A stretch of 64,000 nucleotides of DNA from Octopus vulgaris (taxonomy: Eukaryota): positions 16,678,001-16,742,000 of the forward strand of contig OX597832.1 in assembly GCA_951406725.2 (NCBI GenBank). Reading direction: 5' to 3'. This document shows positions 41,963 through 56,599 of the stretch, piece after piece. Below the pieces are notes generated by a model that searched no databases, was not told where the DNA came from, and saw nothing but the letters and a program-made list of their open reading frames with translations. Each line of letters begins with the position of its first letter. Position 1 is the stretch's first letter. The position numbers and the translations under genes are program-made.

Positions 41963-42543
41963 GAGGCATATCTTTAAATTTGAGCAGTATATGCATATAT
42001 TTCATCGCTAAGAAAGTAATTAGTGGGGCCAAATATTGTAACATAGAATGGTTCCTTTAAAGAAAATTATATACACTGTATCATTTTTCTTGCCACTGAG
42101 GTTTTTTCTCATCATATGACAGGAAATATATAAGATGATCTCATCGCTATCTATATTATCACAGACACACATATAGTATCTTCCGCCACTCCGTGTGAAT
42201 AAATCTGAATGCCACTCGAGGCTGATGATATGGTTGGAGACAAGCTGGCAGTAAACAAGAAATTCTTGAATAGGAAGCATGAAGTATATACTTCACTCTG
42301 ACAGAGAATTTGCCTTAAAGAAACACATTATGAATGACACCTGATGTGTGAGAGAAAACACTTCGTGTGTTGTTTTGTGTATTTGTGTTATATTTCTTTT
42401 CGTTTCCCTTATACAACATCACAGATCTCACCTAGAGGAATGGGTTTAAATGTTGTTTTTTTTTTGTTTTTCCAGTTTACATTTTGTATACGGCATTATT
42501 AAGAAAATGTACATATGCATGCATAGTGATGTATGTATGTATA

Positions 42544-42614
<71 letters not shown>

Positions 42615-42702
42615 ATATACATATACATATATATATACACACATATATATATATATATGTATATATATATACATATGCATATATATACATATATATATAT
42701 AT

Positions 42703-42750
<48 letters not shown>

Positions 42751-42871
42751 CATACATATATGTGTGTGTGTGTATATGCAGAGAGGGAGGGAAAGAGAGT
42801 GAAATATAAACTACATTTGATATAAGGCATATGTGCGTTCTTTCAGTCATACAAATATAGGATGTGTGTGA

Positions 42872-42914
<43 letters not shown>

Positions 42915-43071
42915 AATATACTAACATACTAATATACTAATATACTAATATACTAATATAAATATTTTTATAGTTTCCATTTTCTTTTTCATTTATGGCC
43001 GCCTGTTTCTCTTTAGTTTGTTCTGCTCTGGTAAACAAATATAGGACATCACAGTAAATAACTAGCGGCTA

Positions 43072-43141
43072 TATTATTGTTATTATTATTGTTGTTTTCA
43101 TTTTATTATAAGTGTTATAAGTATTATCATTATTATTATTA

Positions 43142-43210
<69 letters not shown>

Positions 43211-43214
43211 GTAT

Positions 43215-43292
<78 letters not shown>

Positions 43293-43315
43293 TAGTAAAG
43301 GAGCAGCAGCAGCGT
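43072..43315. repeat. (TAT)n then (TAG)n array
   Basis: Directly visible. Confidence 0.95.
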
Positions 43316-45377
43316 TGCTGGCAACAGGAGTAGTTGTAATATACGACGTAGCTATAAATATGATGCCTCAAATATCTTGGGATTCCTACATTATGTCGTT
43401 GACACATTAGTTCAAATTCTTTTCCTGTGATATAGAATGATTCAATAAAAACGTTTACCTTATTCTATATATTTGATATGTATTTAAGCTAAACTAATGT
43501 CTTTCTATTCTTAACGGTTATCTGATGAATGCTCTTCAATCTCAAATTAAAACCAACCATATTTTTTGATTTGCCAATGTTATTAAACATATTTTGGGGT
43601 TCATGTCTGAAGTTCAGTTACATATTCTGTCGAAACATTCTAAACAAGAAGACTTAGCAATACAAAAAATACTTAAAGTATTTGAGAGATATAAATAACG
43701 AAAAATCTATTTTCCTTCCTTTTTATAAACACCAGAGCTCAACTTCGCAGTTTTGCTTACAGACAATGGAACTAGACGTTAAATAAGTAACGGTGTCCTT
43801 GTTGAACTTTCTTGAAAAATGTCATTGCCAGGTCGTGTTGTAAAAAAAACGTATCATATTTGTACTGCTATAACGGCTCTAAGCTTTGGAAAACACATTT
43901 AATTATACAGCAATTTCAAGGAGTGCTTCAGAAATAATCATTTTCGTAAAGTAAAGAGTTATTGCCTTTAGAAAATATTTGATCATAGGTCTTCTGGCTG
44001 CAAAGGTTTGAAAACTATAATATAAACACAGAAAGATTTAAATGTACTCTTCTCAAAATATTCTCTGTGATTTAACTGCTGTTATTTACCAAGGGCAATA
44101 TAGTAGAGACTGTCAGTTTTTAAACATCAGTCTATGATTATTCTCAACATTAGAACATAAGGTGTAAACATTTGTGATTTTGCGTCTGTTTAAACAAATT
44201 ACGTAAAAATATATTAGTCATCACAAATTATAGCAAAATATATTAAACATGAGAGATATTTTATATTTAATGTAAGCATTCACAATCTCATTTATAGTCA
44301 AGTGACCATTTTCTGATCGTCAGGAATATATGAAAACGTTTTTCGCACAAGGTTTTATAATTTTTCCGGCATCTAATCATTGTAAGATGGATGAAAGAAA
44401 ATACGTTAACGTACAAAACATTACCTGAATGCATACGAATGGACATGCAAAGGACAGTTTCTGGTGTAGATGCGGTTAATTAGAACGACGGAAACATATA
44501 TATAGATATATAGATATAAGAAACTGGAATTACTGAGCAGAGATTTTGGTGACAGGTTTTCTGTCCAACTTGAATAGTAAATATTTCAAATACATTTGTG
44601 TTTCGCTGTACATTATCGACAAGTAAATGTACTTCAGAGAAGGAATATTTAGCGAAATGTCGTTGCACACAATCTAAACATTTCTGACGAAAAGAAAGTC
44701 ACATTCGAAGCCCAGAGGTGGGTTGTCATGTCAAGAATATTTAACAAATGGTCCTCATTACAGTTCACCATGGCCAGGAAAATAGCGAAGAAGGATATGA
44801 GTAGCCTGTGGTTATGTGAATCATAATATAGCTACGATCTCAAGATCAATGAATTATGTGATGATATTGTCAATATAGCATAGATTATGTAATCATTCGC
44901 AGCCTTGATTTCCGTCACCTTAGTAATGTCCAGTTTAACAATTGATCAGCGAATATTTGTCTAGAGGATAATACAAACAAAGAAAAGGAAATTTCACATG
45001 AATTTTCAAGTCTTTCAGTAAGTGTATAGAATGTGAAAAAGGAGGTTGAGAATGTTCCTTTAATCTAACATAGAAGATTTGACAACATAATAGGCTTCTA
45101 CAATGTGCTTTTTTTAATGCGCTGTTGAAACACTGTACATGCTTAAGAAAGCCAGAGGAAAACTTATATGTAGACGAACTAAGTTGGAGATCTGCTAGTT
45201 TGCAAATAGCAATAGTGAACTTCTCTACCATACGTTAAAAGCAAATGCAATATATTGAACCATGAGAGAAGAGCGCAAACGAAGACGCTGTACCTTAGAA
45301 GAAAGTGAGAACAAGTATAACATGATGAATGAAGTTTCACTTAATGAAAAAAACAAACCCGATTTTCACTTAAAACT

Positions 45378-45629
45378 TACTGTTTTACTTTTTTAATTGC
45401 TTCAGTCATTTAACTGTGGCCATGCTGGAGCATCACCTTTAATAGAGCAATTCGACACCAGGACTTATTCTTTGTAAGCTTAGTCCTTATTCTGTTGTTC
45501 TCTTGTACCGAACCGCTAAACTACAGGGGCGTAAACATAGCAGCATCGGTTGCCAAGTGATGTTCGGCGAGTCAAACAACACACAAACATAAAAACACAC
45601 ACATGCATGCATACACACATACATACATG

Positions 45630-45710
<81 letters not shown>

Positions 45711-45850
45711 GACAGGCTTCTTTCAGCTTCCATCTGCCAAATCCACTCCCAAGGCTTTGCTCGTCCCGAGGCTAAAGTAAAAGACACTTGCTCACGGTGC
45801 CATGCCGTGGGACGGAACCAGGAACCCTGTGGTTGACAAGCAAGCTACTT
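45378..45850 (-). mobile_element. SINE family 1 with expanded internal (CA)n(TA)n
   Basis: Reverse-complement tail ttcagtcattt.actgtggccatgctggagca and head aagcaagctactt. Confidence 0.88.
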
Positions 45851-46238
45851 TATTTCATATAGACAGTACAAAGATTGCGTAGCTTTGCGTGAAGGGCATA
45901 TCTACTGTCTCTACTGTTCTTCTACTATTTTTCTACCTCCCCACCCTTATAGAAAAAGATAATTAATTCAACATATTTAAGGGTGGGGATGGTTTATTTC
46001 ACCTTGGGTTGCACGATTCGGGACATGCAGACGGCACATCATCTCCCAACTTCCTCTTTCGTTTTTTTTCTTTTTTTCCTGACTTCGAGAGCGTGGAGTT
46101 CTTCGGCTTTGTCGGGAGTCTCTCACCCACCTCCCGAAGCCTTAAGGTCCTCGGGCGGGCAACAAATGACTGAAACAAATAAAGGGATAAAAGAATAAAA
46201 AGAATATATATATATATGTATACACAGACACAGACACA

Positions 46239-46302
<64 letters not shown>

Positions 46303-46310
46303 AATATACA

Positions 46311-46387
<77 letters not shown>

Positions 46388-47289
46388 GCAATACATTTGA
46401 AACACTCCTGTCACAACCTTGGACCTTGAAGATTGCTAAAATGCAAGAAAGTATACTAGTCCCTTAATATTTGATATTCAATATTTCATCTATTCAATAA
46501 GACAATCAATACTTCATTCCATTTTACTATATATACTATATATACTATATATTCTATATCCTACATTAATATTATAAAGAATATATATGTAAAACATAAA
46601 AAACAGAGTTTCAATTACTTTGAATAATATATATATATATATATATATATCTTACCTTTGGTACCTTCTTCATTATTGACTACGATCTGTATACTTCTCT
46701 TTCACAATATGCTTTCTTAGTATAGGGTAATATTTCATAAATATGACATTACTTGTCAGAACAGAACATGTACCTACTAACAGATATGTTTTTCAATAAT
46801 ACATTCTAGACCACTGCTATCTGTTTAACAACCTCTGGCCGGTTTTTCTGTCTTCAATATTGCTGATTCGCAATCTTTCTTTTATATATGTTTTCCTTGT
46901 TTTATATTTTCTCTACGTTAGGCAGTATGCCACAGTATGCCATATTCTCTTGTTTTCAATTATTTTATTGTTTGCGCTTATACGTGTGTATATACGAGCT
47001 TCTTGCATTTATGCATTTGTTGTTGTATGTTTGTGTTTGTATACATCGTGTTTGATATATGTATGTGTACATGCGTGTCTACCTTCGGGTGTGCGTGCGT
47101 ACGTGTGCACATTTATAAATTGATATATGTATATATTCATATACATGTATACGCTTTTACATGCATATGTAAGTATTCATATATTTTTTATGCATGAGTT
47201 TATGCGTATGCTCAAATATATATATACGTATGGTATGTACATGTATGTATATGTATGTACGAATTACACACGTGCACACACACATATAA

Positions 47290-47299
47290 ATATATTTAC

Positions 47300-47385
<86 letters not shown>

Positions 47386-47404
47386 ATATATACATACAGA
47401 TGTA

Positions 47405-47454
<50 letters not shown>

Positions 47455-47465
47455 ATATACATATG

Positions 47466-47560
<95 letters not shown>

Positions 47561-47619
47561 CCTATTTCTTTATCACAATATCTATATAACTTTTTCTGTA
47601 CTGTATACATCTCTCCCCC

Positions 47620-47697
<78 letters not shown>

Positions 47698-47711
47698 CAT
47701 ACACACACACG
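47290..47711. repeat. Compound (TA)n/(CT)n/(CA)n microsatellite
   Basis: Directly visible. Confidence 0.93.
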
Positions 47712-48619
47712 CGCTATGTTCTAATCACTATGTCTCTATAATTGTTCTTGAACACCTCTCTCTATATATATATACCGTATTAACTATACATACCTATAGG
47801 CACAAAAATGGCCACTAACACACATACACTTCGTCCCTCTCCATAACATACGTTCCCGTTTCTAGTTTATGTTATCGTAATATCCCCATGCCTTTCCTTT
47901 CACAGCTGTCAGTTTTATTTCTTAGGAGTTCTATAGTTACTCCAATTTATAAGCCTGTCATAATTCTAGATATTTATTTACGACTATACTATAAATCTAT
48001 CTACGGTTCTATTTGTATTTTCGTTTTATGCATTCAAGCTTTGACTCTTCTTAATCTTTGACCTTTGACATCTTCCTGATATCTCGCTTTCACTTTCGTT
48101 TACCATCACTTGCTCATACTTCGACGGTTTATTCCGTTTCCTTTAGCAGCTTTACTACCAATCTTACCACCAGAGTCAAGTGTCTTAAATTTAATGAAGA
48201 TATGAATTCCTCTTGCTACTGAAAATATCGAGATCTTAAAATTTAATTTACTTTATTTCATAAGTCTAAACATAAAAATCTCCTTGCAAACATGCACACG
48301 CACACACACACACACACAGCTATAGAGGCATAGGCAATTTGAAATGGGAAGCCTAGAGATAGATGATAATTTTACGTGGAAATGAATGAATTTATATGAA
48401 AATTTCCAAATACATGTTGCATGATGTAAAACACCAAGTAATCTCGTGTGTGGTATTTTTCGCATGAATCTATCGTTAATCTCGTTAATCCGTCTTTCTA
48501 CATCTATACCCGCTTGATGTTGATCATGCTTGTAGTGAGATTTCTAAACCCGCACTATCAGTATATTTGAATTCTTAGGTGATTTGGGTTTAGCTATTTG
48601 AGCACTGATTGCATAACAT

Positions 48620-48795
48620 GTGTGTGCCTAAAAGTTCCTGGCTTTGGGGAAAAGCTTATATAGGAGAATCAGTTAATCCTTTTTTCATTCAGCATATTCC
48701 CTTATCAGCTTTAAACGCTTATTGCAGAGGTCCTCGAGATTTTCTAAGCCCTGAAAAAGAACTCGGAATGTTGAACCTCTAACCAGCCCCTTGCG
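48620..48795 (-). mobile_element. Mariner 3'-end fragment
   Basis: TIR-like aaaagttcctggcttt. The minus strand gives WLEVQHSEFFF followed by frameshifted NKR..L.REYAE*, resembling the mariner C-terminal KCVxxxGEYVE. Confidence 0.65.
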
Positions 48796-49041
48796 TATGT
48801 GTGCGGGCGTGTATGTATATATATATATATATATATATGAAGTTTCAAATGGAAAAATGTTCTTTTACATGTTGGTAATTTATCCAAGCGTACAGCAGTT
48901 TAGCTCCATTTTGGAATTCCTTAATTTGTGTTAGGATTATGAAGTTCTAGTAGACCTTATAGATGTTTTAATTCACTCAATATAGGAGAATCTTAATAAT
49001 ATAAGCAAAAAGGACAGTTTCAACACACACACACACACACA

Positions 49042-49093
<52 letters not shown>

Positions 49094-50070
49094 CTCTTTT
49101 CTCTTGCCAATGAAAATATATCTCAAGCGATCGCTATTCTACACTCTTTCAGGCCTAACGACATTCCATGCTTATTTTCGTTTGGTTTCCCTGTATGTCT
49201 CCACTGTTCTGTTTTTTTCCCAGCTTTGACACTCCATAAATCCCAAATTTTATTTTGATACTCATGGGTGACTCTCTTTGAAAACTCATATCGTCGTTGA
49301 ATGCTGGAAATGAGTAGTAGATAGACAGCCGACAACTGAATACTGGTCGTACCCTATGTGACCTGTCCTGTTTTCAATTTGTTTCTCTCGTTGTTTAGGT
49401 ATTCAAATAATTTGTTTTCGCATTTCACATCATTCACTTTTGGTGGTGACCTGTACCCATATATATGTATATATATATATGTGTGTATGTGTGTGTGTGT
49501 GTGAGTATGCGTGTGTATTTGTATGCATATATATATATTTATAATGGTAGATATCAAAGGATGGAGTTAGGAAATATTTTTAACATTCTTATTACAATCG
49601 TTTCATAGTTATTGAATACGATCAATCTTGCACAATTTTGCAACCATTCCAGCAACTATTGATTAATTTTCGGCTGTTGGATATCATATGTTTTATAACA
49701 CACGTTGAGAATGATACCTCAGAATGCCATAAATGTGGTATACTTGGAATTTAGAAAAATCATTCTCAACATATTTTCTAAAAGATATCATACTTAGCGC
49801 GTGGAAATTAATCAATTGTCATGTGAATCGTAACAGTACAACTCATGGTTGATCACATTGAGTGATGAGGAAACTGTTGGGAATGAAGATTTAACATATT
49901 TTTCGAAAATCCATTCCTTGGTGTTTCACGTTTATAGATGATCTCTGTCTATTAATGTATTTTCAGATACTTCAAGCGGTACATGATATCTGTAAAAGCG
50001 CCTCATTGGGTAAACACCAGGGTTATATTATCCGACTCAATAACAACACGCGCACGAGCGTTCCCCAACA

Positions 50071-50105
<35 letters not shown>

Positions 50106-50248
50106 GATGAGCTTCTTTACGTTTTCCGCTCCAAATCCATTTCCACGACTCTAGTTGGCTCAAAGCTACTGTAGAAGGTAGTTTCCCAAGGTCTCATGCC
50201 GTAGGACTGATCCCCACCCCGGAATCCTGTCCTTGGGAAACAACCATG

Positions 50249-50315
<67 letters not shown>

Positions 50316-50859
50316 ATAAACACATATAGCCTTTAAGATTTATTTATTGAAGACAGTGATAAAAGATTAAATCGCCTCTTATAATTCAAAATACTTAATT
50401 CAATATTAATAAAGGTAAGATTTTAAAAATAGACTTGAACATACCAACTTTATTTGGGTATATCCTTGCCGATGTTTAAAATCTTACATATTGAAAATCT
50501 TTCATCCTTGAAATTTCGATCGACTATGGTACATTGATATTTTGATGTAATCTTAAATGACGGCGCTCCTGGAATAACGTTCTACCGAAGGAGATCTCGT
50601 GTATTTTAAACACCATTTACGTTTATTCTTTTACCTACGCCTAACCTCTTAGACGGAACTTTATTTTAAATTCGGTTTTGTGCTTTTCTATCTAAGGTAT
50701 TTTACCATCACCTGTTGCTTTTCATGCTGATCATTTCGCTCTGAGCTTGAAGTTATCGCACCAAGCTAGTTCTGACGTACTACGAATTGGTGTTTACCTT
50801 GATTCTCATGAATCCTCAAAATAAAAATTATAGTGGCGTGTATGTGCGTGTGTATGTGA

Positions 50860-50990
50860 GGGCGTATGGGTTACTGGTTAGGGAATTGCATTCATGACCA
50901 CGATGTTCTGGTTTCAATTCCTCGAGCAGGTGGTGCGTTGTGCTCTCGATCAAATCGCTTCATCTTACTTTTCCCTGCAGTCACTTCGAC
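50860..50990 (+). mobile_element. Degenerate tRNA-headed SINE (family 3-like head)
   Basis: ggcgtatgggttactggttaggg...ggtttcaattcct resembles the family-3 A/B boxes. Confidence 0.55.
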
Positions 50991-51906
50991 GCCTGACGCG
51001 TGGTACATAGCACGGCGATTTAATGTACAGAGTAAGCTAATGAGCGGCAACAACATTTGATCGTTTGTGTAGGTCGTTCGACAAAAGCTCCACGCTCATA
51101 CGCCATCTTTGACGGGAGAGTCCATCAGCTCTAACTCCCTCCCACCTTCCCTCCTTCCAACTCTCTCAATCGTTCTCTCTCTTTTTTTAGGTATATAAAT
51201 TTCTATGTCCTATTCATGAATCTTTCTTATGTGTGGGTACTTTGTACACTGCTTGAGAACTTTGCTTTCATATTTTAAATTATGAAAAGGGAAGATTCTG
51301 TGGGGCAAATAAACATTTGACTTAACTGATTAGTAATATTTACTAAGTTCACAAGATAGAACAAATGATTGTAATGAGTAGTGCTGCAGGAGGGCATATG
51401 TATATGAAACAGAAAAGAAAAAGCACGAAGTATATTTGACAGGGAAATGTGGGTAGCTTCTGAGATAAGCACAGTGAATAGAGTTAATGATGAATTAAAA
51501 AAGAAACAAAAGACGGCGGAAAAGAAATAAATAGGAAATGAAGTTATTAGGAAACGTGTGTGGAAGGCTATAAATTAATATTGTAACATATTATTCTAAT
51601 AGTATTAAAGGCATTTTCGACGATTCTATCAAAGAAATTTCAAGTCATGGCAAAATATTTGTCAGCTACAAAAGAGAGACAGTTACAGAAGGCACCACCG
51701 CTCTACATTTGAAAATAGAGTTGTGAAAGCAAAGAAATACAGAGGATGCGTTGTTCGATGACAGCTATATGGCAGTTTTACAAAAGTATGAAACATAACT
51801 ATATGAACGGGATCGGATTAGACCAAATTTCTTTTTGGTTTCCAAGAGACATCAAAAAGGAAAACCGATTTTCTATTTAGATATTAATGTGAAAGCATCT
51901 CATAAA

Positions 51907-52053
51907 GTGAGGTAAGTAGCATGCTTACTAACCACATGTTTCCGGGTTCAGTCCCGTTGCGTAGTACCGTGGGCAAGTGTCTTCAACTATAGCCACGGAC
52001 GGACCAAAGCCTTGTGAGTGCATTTAGTAGATGGAAACTGAAAGAAGGCAGTC

Positions 52054-52115
<62 letters not shown>

Positions 52116-52348
52116 ATATGTATGTATATGTACATGTTTGCACGTCTGCGTTTGTCACCCCAACATCGCTTGACAACCGATGCTGGTGCGTTCATGTCAT
52201 CGTAACTTAGCGGTTCCGCAAAACGTGTCGATAGAATATGTACTAAGCTTACAAAGAACAATTCGTGGGGTTGATTTGTTCGACTAACATAGGTGCCCCA
52301 GCATTGCCGCAGTGAAATAAATGAAAGAAATAAAAGAAAAGAAAAGGA
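51907..52348 (+). mobile_element. SINE family 1
   Basis: ggtaagtagcatgcttac...ccgggttcagtccc...internal (TA)n(TG)n...ccagcattgccgcagt. Confidence 0.88.
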
Positions 52349-52351
52349 ATA

Positions 52352-52391
<40 letters not shown>

Positions 52392-53021
52392 TTCGCAGGA
52401 AGGAAAGTTTCTTGTCGAAGATACGTCTCGCTTTCACCTTCGAAACGTAGAGTAGATGAAACAATAGCGACTGAAGAAGGGTTTTTTTTTCTTTGTGTTA
52501 ATTGTCCTGTACACTATTTTTTTGTTGTTTAAGAACATATCCAGTTCCTTGGTTTGTGTCTTTGTTTTCGTTTCTCATTGTGTTCGACGACTTTTTGGTG
52601 TCCTGTACTCATATATGCGTGTATATGTACATTTAGAGGTAGGTACGTACATATATGTTTATATAAATGCATATGTTTATTTTTTTATTTTTTAATCACA
52701 TATAATAATATAGAAGAAAAGTTTAAAGAATATTTATAGTAGGTTCAATTATATATATATCCCTTGTTTGCAAACAAGGGAGTCAGAGAAAGGCAGAATG
52801 CCACTTAAATCTGAACACTACTATAGAAATATTCTGAACACTACTATAGAAATATTCTTTTAAAAAAACTTTTCTTCTAATTTTTCTAAATTTAATTATT
52901 TAATCGTTACAGTTGAAAAGGTCTCAAAATGACGAAACTACTGAAATGTTCACTTAAAATTATTTTAGCATTTTCTATTTTATTGTTTTTTCTATATATC
53001 AACTCGTGTGTTCCTTTTCAC

Positions 53022-53057
<36 letters not shown>

Positions 53058-53894
53058 TTATATTATGCGTAGATTTAAAGATGTTTTGCGTTTGCTGAAG
53101 AACATTTTCTGTCACGAGATTTTACTGATATGTTTACAACTGATCTGATCTGACATTTTTTCCTTAGAAATTCTGATGCAATTAAGCATCAACTGAAACT
53201 TGTGTGACTGTTATTGTTAAAATTCAGAGCACACTATTTACTCTAGCGTCACTACGATAGACTTTTGCAGTAAAATTTGCAATCTTCTTATAGGGACAAC
53301 AATGCCATTGGCAAAATCTAGGATGGTACAGTGTCGGGAATATTTTCGTTTATATTTTTTTCGTCAATGTTTGTCTATAATGATTCTAGAATATACGGAA
53401 CGACGAGGGATGATATTTTCAGTCTCCGGACCTGCAGTAACAAGTATTGCTTATTCTGAGAAAGGGAGTCCATGAAATCAGTATTTGTGAGTTCCGCTTG
53501 ACTCGACGATGTGTAATCCTTGTATGAAACCCTTTCATTGAAAAGCAGGGAATGGCTTGAAATGATATCTATTTGCCTTACGTTAGCTGCTGTTGTCTGT
53601 TCCTTCTTCCTATCAGGACTCACGCCATTATCCACAAAGAATAATCTCTAATTCGAGCTTACTCTAAGCTACTGAGAATGCGTGTGGCGACTTGAAGATC
53701 CATCCACTACACGCGATAGACTGGCGGTTGCACGGGCGCGATATCTACGTTGTTATACTCATTTCGTAAACGGTGGCTTTTAACGAGTAGAGAGCTGAGC
53801 CATCCTAGAGTACAAAGGATTCGCAATCTAGACTAGGGTCTGAAAGTTTACCACACCATAGTGTGGTTACGCCCTAGCTCTTCTGCTTTGTGGC

Positions 53895-54071
53895 AGAAGT
53901 AGGAAGAAAGAGTGAGAGAAAGTTGTGATGAAAGACTACAGCGGGGTTCACCACTACCACCCGCGGGAGCCTCGTCGAGTTTAATAAACACTCACACTGC
54001 CCGGTCTAGGAATCGAAACCGCGTTCTTACGACCGGGAGTCTGCTGCCCTAACCACTGGGTCATTGCGCCC
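53895..54071 (-). mobile_element. tRNA-derived SINE family 3
   Basis: The minus strand begins GGCGCAATGACCCAGTGGTTAGGG (A box)...GTTTCGATTCC (B box). Homologous to 41680-41827. Confidence 0.8.
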
Positions 54072-55185
54072 AGGGGATTGCAGTTGTATTCTCTATATGA
54101 TGTCTACGTACCTTTACATGTTCCAGAGCAGCTTGTGATGTAAAAGAAATAAACTTAACATTATGGAGACTAAAATGCTAACATGATCCATATTTCTCCC
54201 CTTCCTAGCTGACATCGGAAATATGCTGTATGTATATTCATGTATGTTAACTTCCCGCTAAATCAATGTATATTTTAATCTGAAGCAGCTGTCTGGTAAA
54301 TGATCAATAAAATTTTAATTCTACGAAATCAACAAAAATTAATTATACTCCATATGTCAATGCGTTGAATATCCGACTCAATATGCTGTTGAAAATATCC
54401 AATAGGAATAAACATCTTACAGTAAACAATACGAATCCGAATTATTTACAATCACTGAATACTATACCACTCTTCTTCATATCACCCGAAAAATCCGCTA
54501 CTGTATGTATTTTGAAAAGTTTAATAACGAATTGCCGTTGTATTTGAAACAAAACGTTACACATTCATAAATACGTATAAATGTCTGGATCTTTGCATGC
54601 ATGTATAACGCTGTTTCTTTCTCTATTATTGTGTCTCTCCTTCTCCCACGTTCCCATCTCACTCTTCCTCTCTTTCTCCATTCAAACACAAATATGTATG
54701 CATGTGTGTGTTTGTGTGTGTGCCTGTTTATCGAATATCAACTGTCTCGGACTTGCAAATATTTATTCACAGCATCAAACAGCTAATGGCGACACTCAGA
54801 TTACTGGACGAATATTCCTATAATTATATGTATCCACTCTCAAAAGCATATTAAATTCCACTTCAGATAACGATTGCCCAACTTGTGTATTATGTATTAT
54901 TTCATGTACTTTACAATAATTTTATTATGATACAAAAGTACTAACGAACCTAAATGTAAATGTAACCCGCTTATAGTGCATGTTTGTGTATGTATTTATT
55001 TATAGATAGATAGATAATTCACTAATTTCCAGTAATTCTTTTTTATTATGTTAACTTTTTCAGCCATTAGACTGCTGCCATGCTGGAGCACCACCTTGAG
55101 CAATGATGAGTTTCCGCAAAAACGACGACACTAAATGCTACGCCATATTTAGTTTCATTTTCTTTACGATGTTGTCTTGATCAGT

Positions 55186-55420
55186 TTTATTTCTTCATTG
55201 CCCGCAAGGGGCTAAACATAGAGGGGACAAACAAGGACAGTAAAAGAGACTAAGTTATTTATATCGACACCAGTGTGTAACTGGTACTTATTTTATCGAT
55301 CCCGGATGGCTGAAAGGCAAAGTCGTCCTCGGCGGAATTTGAACTCAGAACGCAAAGGCGGACGAAATATCGCTAAGCATTTCGCCCGGCACGCAAACTT
55401 TTCTGCCATCTCACCACCTT
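55186..55420 (-). mobile_element. SINE family 2, full-length monomer with tail type A
   Basis: Head (tggcagaaa...gagttcaaattccgccg), core (ctttgcctttca...gataaaataagtaccagttac) and tail (tgtccttgtttgtcccctct.tgtttagcccc...gaagaaata). Confidence 0.88.
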
Positions 55421-56599
55421 GGTTTCTTACGCTATAAAGTATTCTTTTGCTTGTTAAAATTTCAGAATTTTCTCTCCATTTTCCATTACCTTCTGCTATG
55501 GGAGCGAAAGAAGGAACGTCTGTACGTATTACGCGTTGTGATTTGGTCTCCACTCTACTACTGCTAGCTTTCTCATTACATTTTAACACGGCCTGACATT
55601 CGTTTAAGTCAATCATTATTACCCAAGCAGGACTTTATTTTGTCGATCCCTCACGGATAAATGTCAAGAAAAACGTCAACGGGTTTGTAATTTAGGATCT
55701 GAAGAAGAGGAACAATTCCCAATATGTTGCGTCCGGCGATAAAATATTTTACCAATTCCTTCTTGTACAATTAAAATTTAAATACGAGCTGATTCATTCT
55801 AAATGTGAACGGTGAACGAAACATTGAGATAAGAATAAGAATAAGCACGTTGATAGTAAGTGAATCTTAATAATATTCAGGAAAATCTCGATATTTTTAA
55901 TGATCCCGTGTGGAAATTCTTCTCTCAAATCTCATTTCGTTATTAAATTGAAATTAAATTTGAAATGAAATGGTAATTTATAAATAAATTAATTATCAAA
56001 TAATATACTAAATTCAGCTAATCATTCAGAAAGAGAAACATCTGCTCATAGATTAATTTTCTAGCAATAAATGTAATGAAATATTCTTGCTGATTGAGGT
56101 ACTTAAGAGATTAAGAAGAATTCAGAAATACGTGGGATTTAGACAAATGGAAAGTTAATAATTCAATGAGGGCATGTTGACGGAAATTAACTCCAATATA
56201 ATTTTATGGACGACCTGGTCCGTGTGTATTTAAATCTGTATACATAAGCCGATGTAAATGTACGCAACTACACACATTCCGCTCGCATATATGTATGTAT
56301 GTATGTATACCTGTATATATGTATGTGTGTGTTTATACGAATAAGCATATGGAATTGTATTTAATCTCGCATATAAAGAGACATGAATATGTATGAGAGT
56401 TAATGACTATTATCGTTATTCAAAATGCCATATATAGCTGGTTCGATTTCGGTGGGATGAGTTTCTGCTTTATAATCTTCATTCAACATGATGTTTTCAA
56501 ATATCTGGGAAAGTAAAATAACTATCGTCAAATATTTGTTATTCTTCAAGTGACAAAAATAGCGATGCACTTCTCAAAGTTACGCTACCAACCATGATT

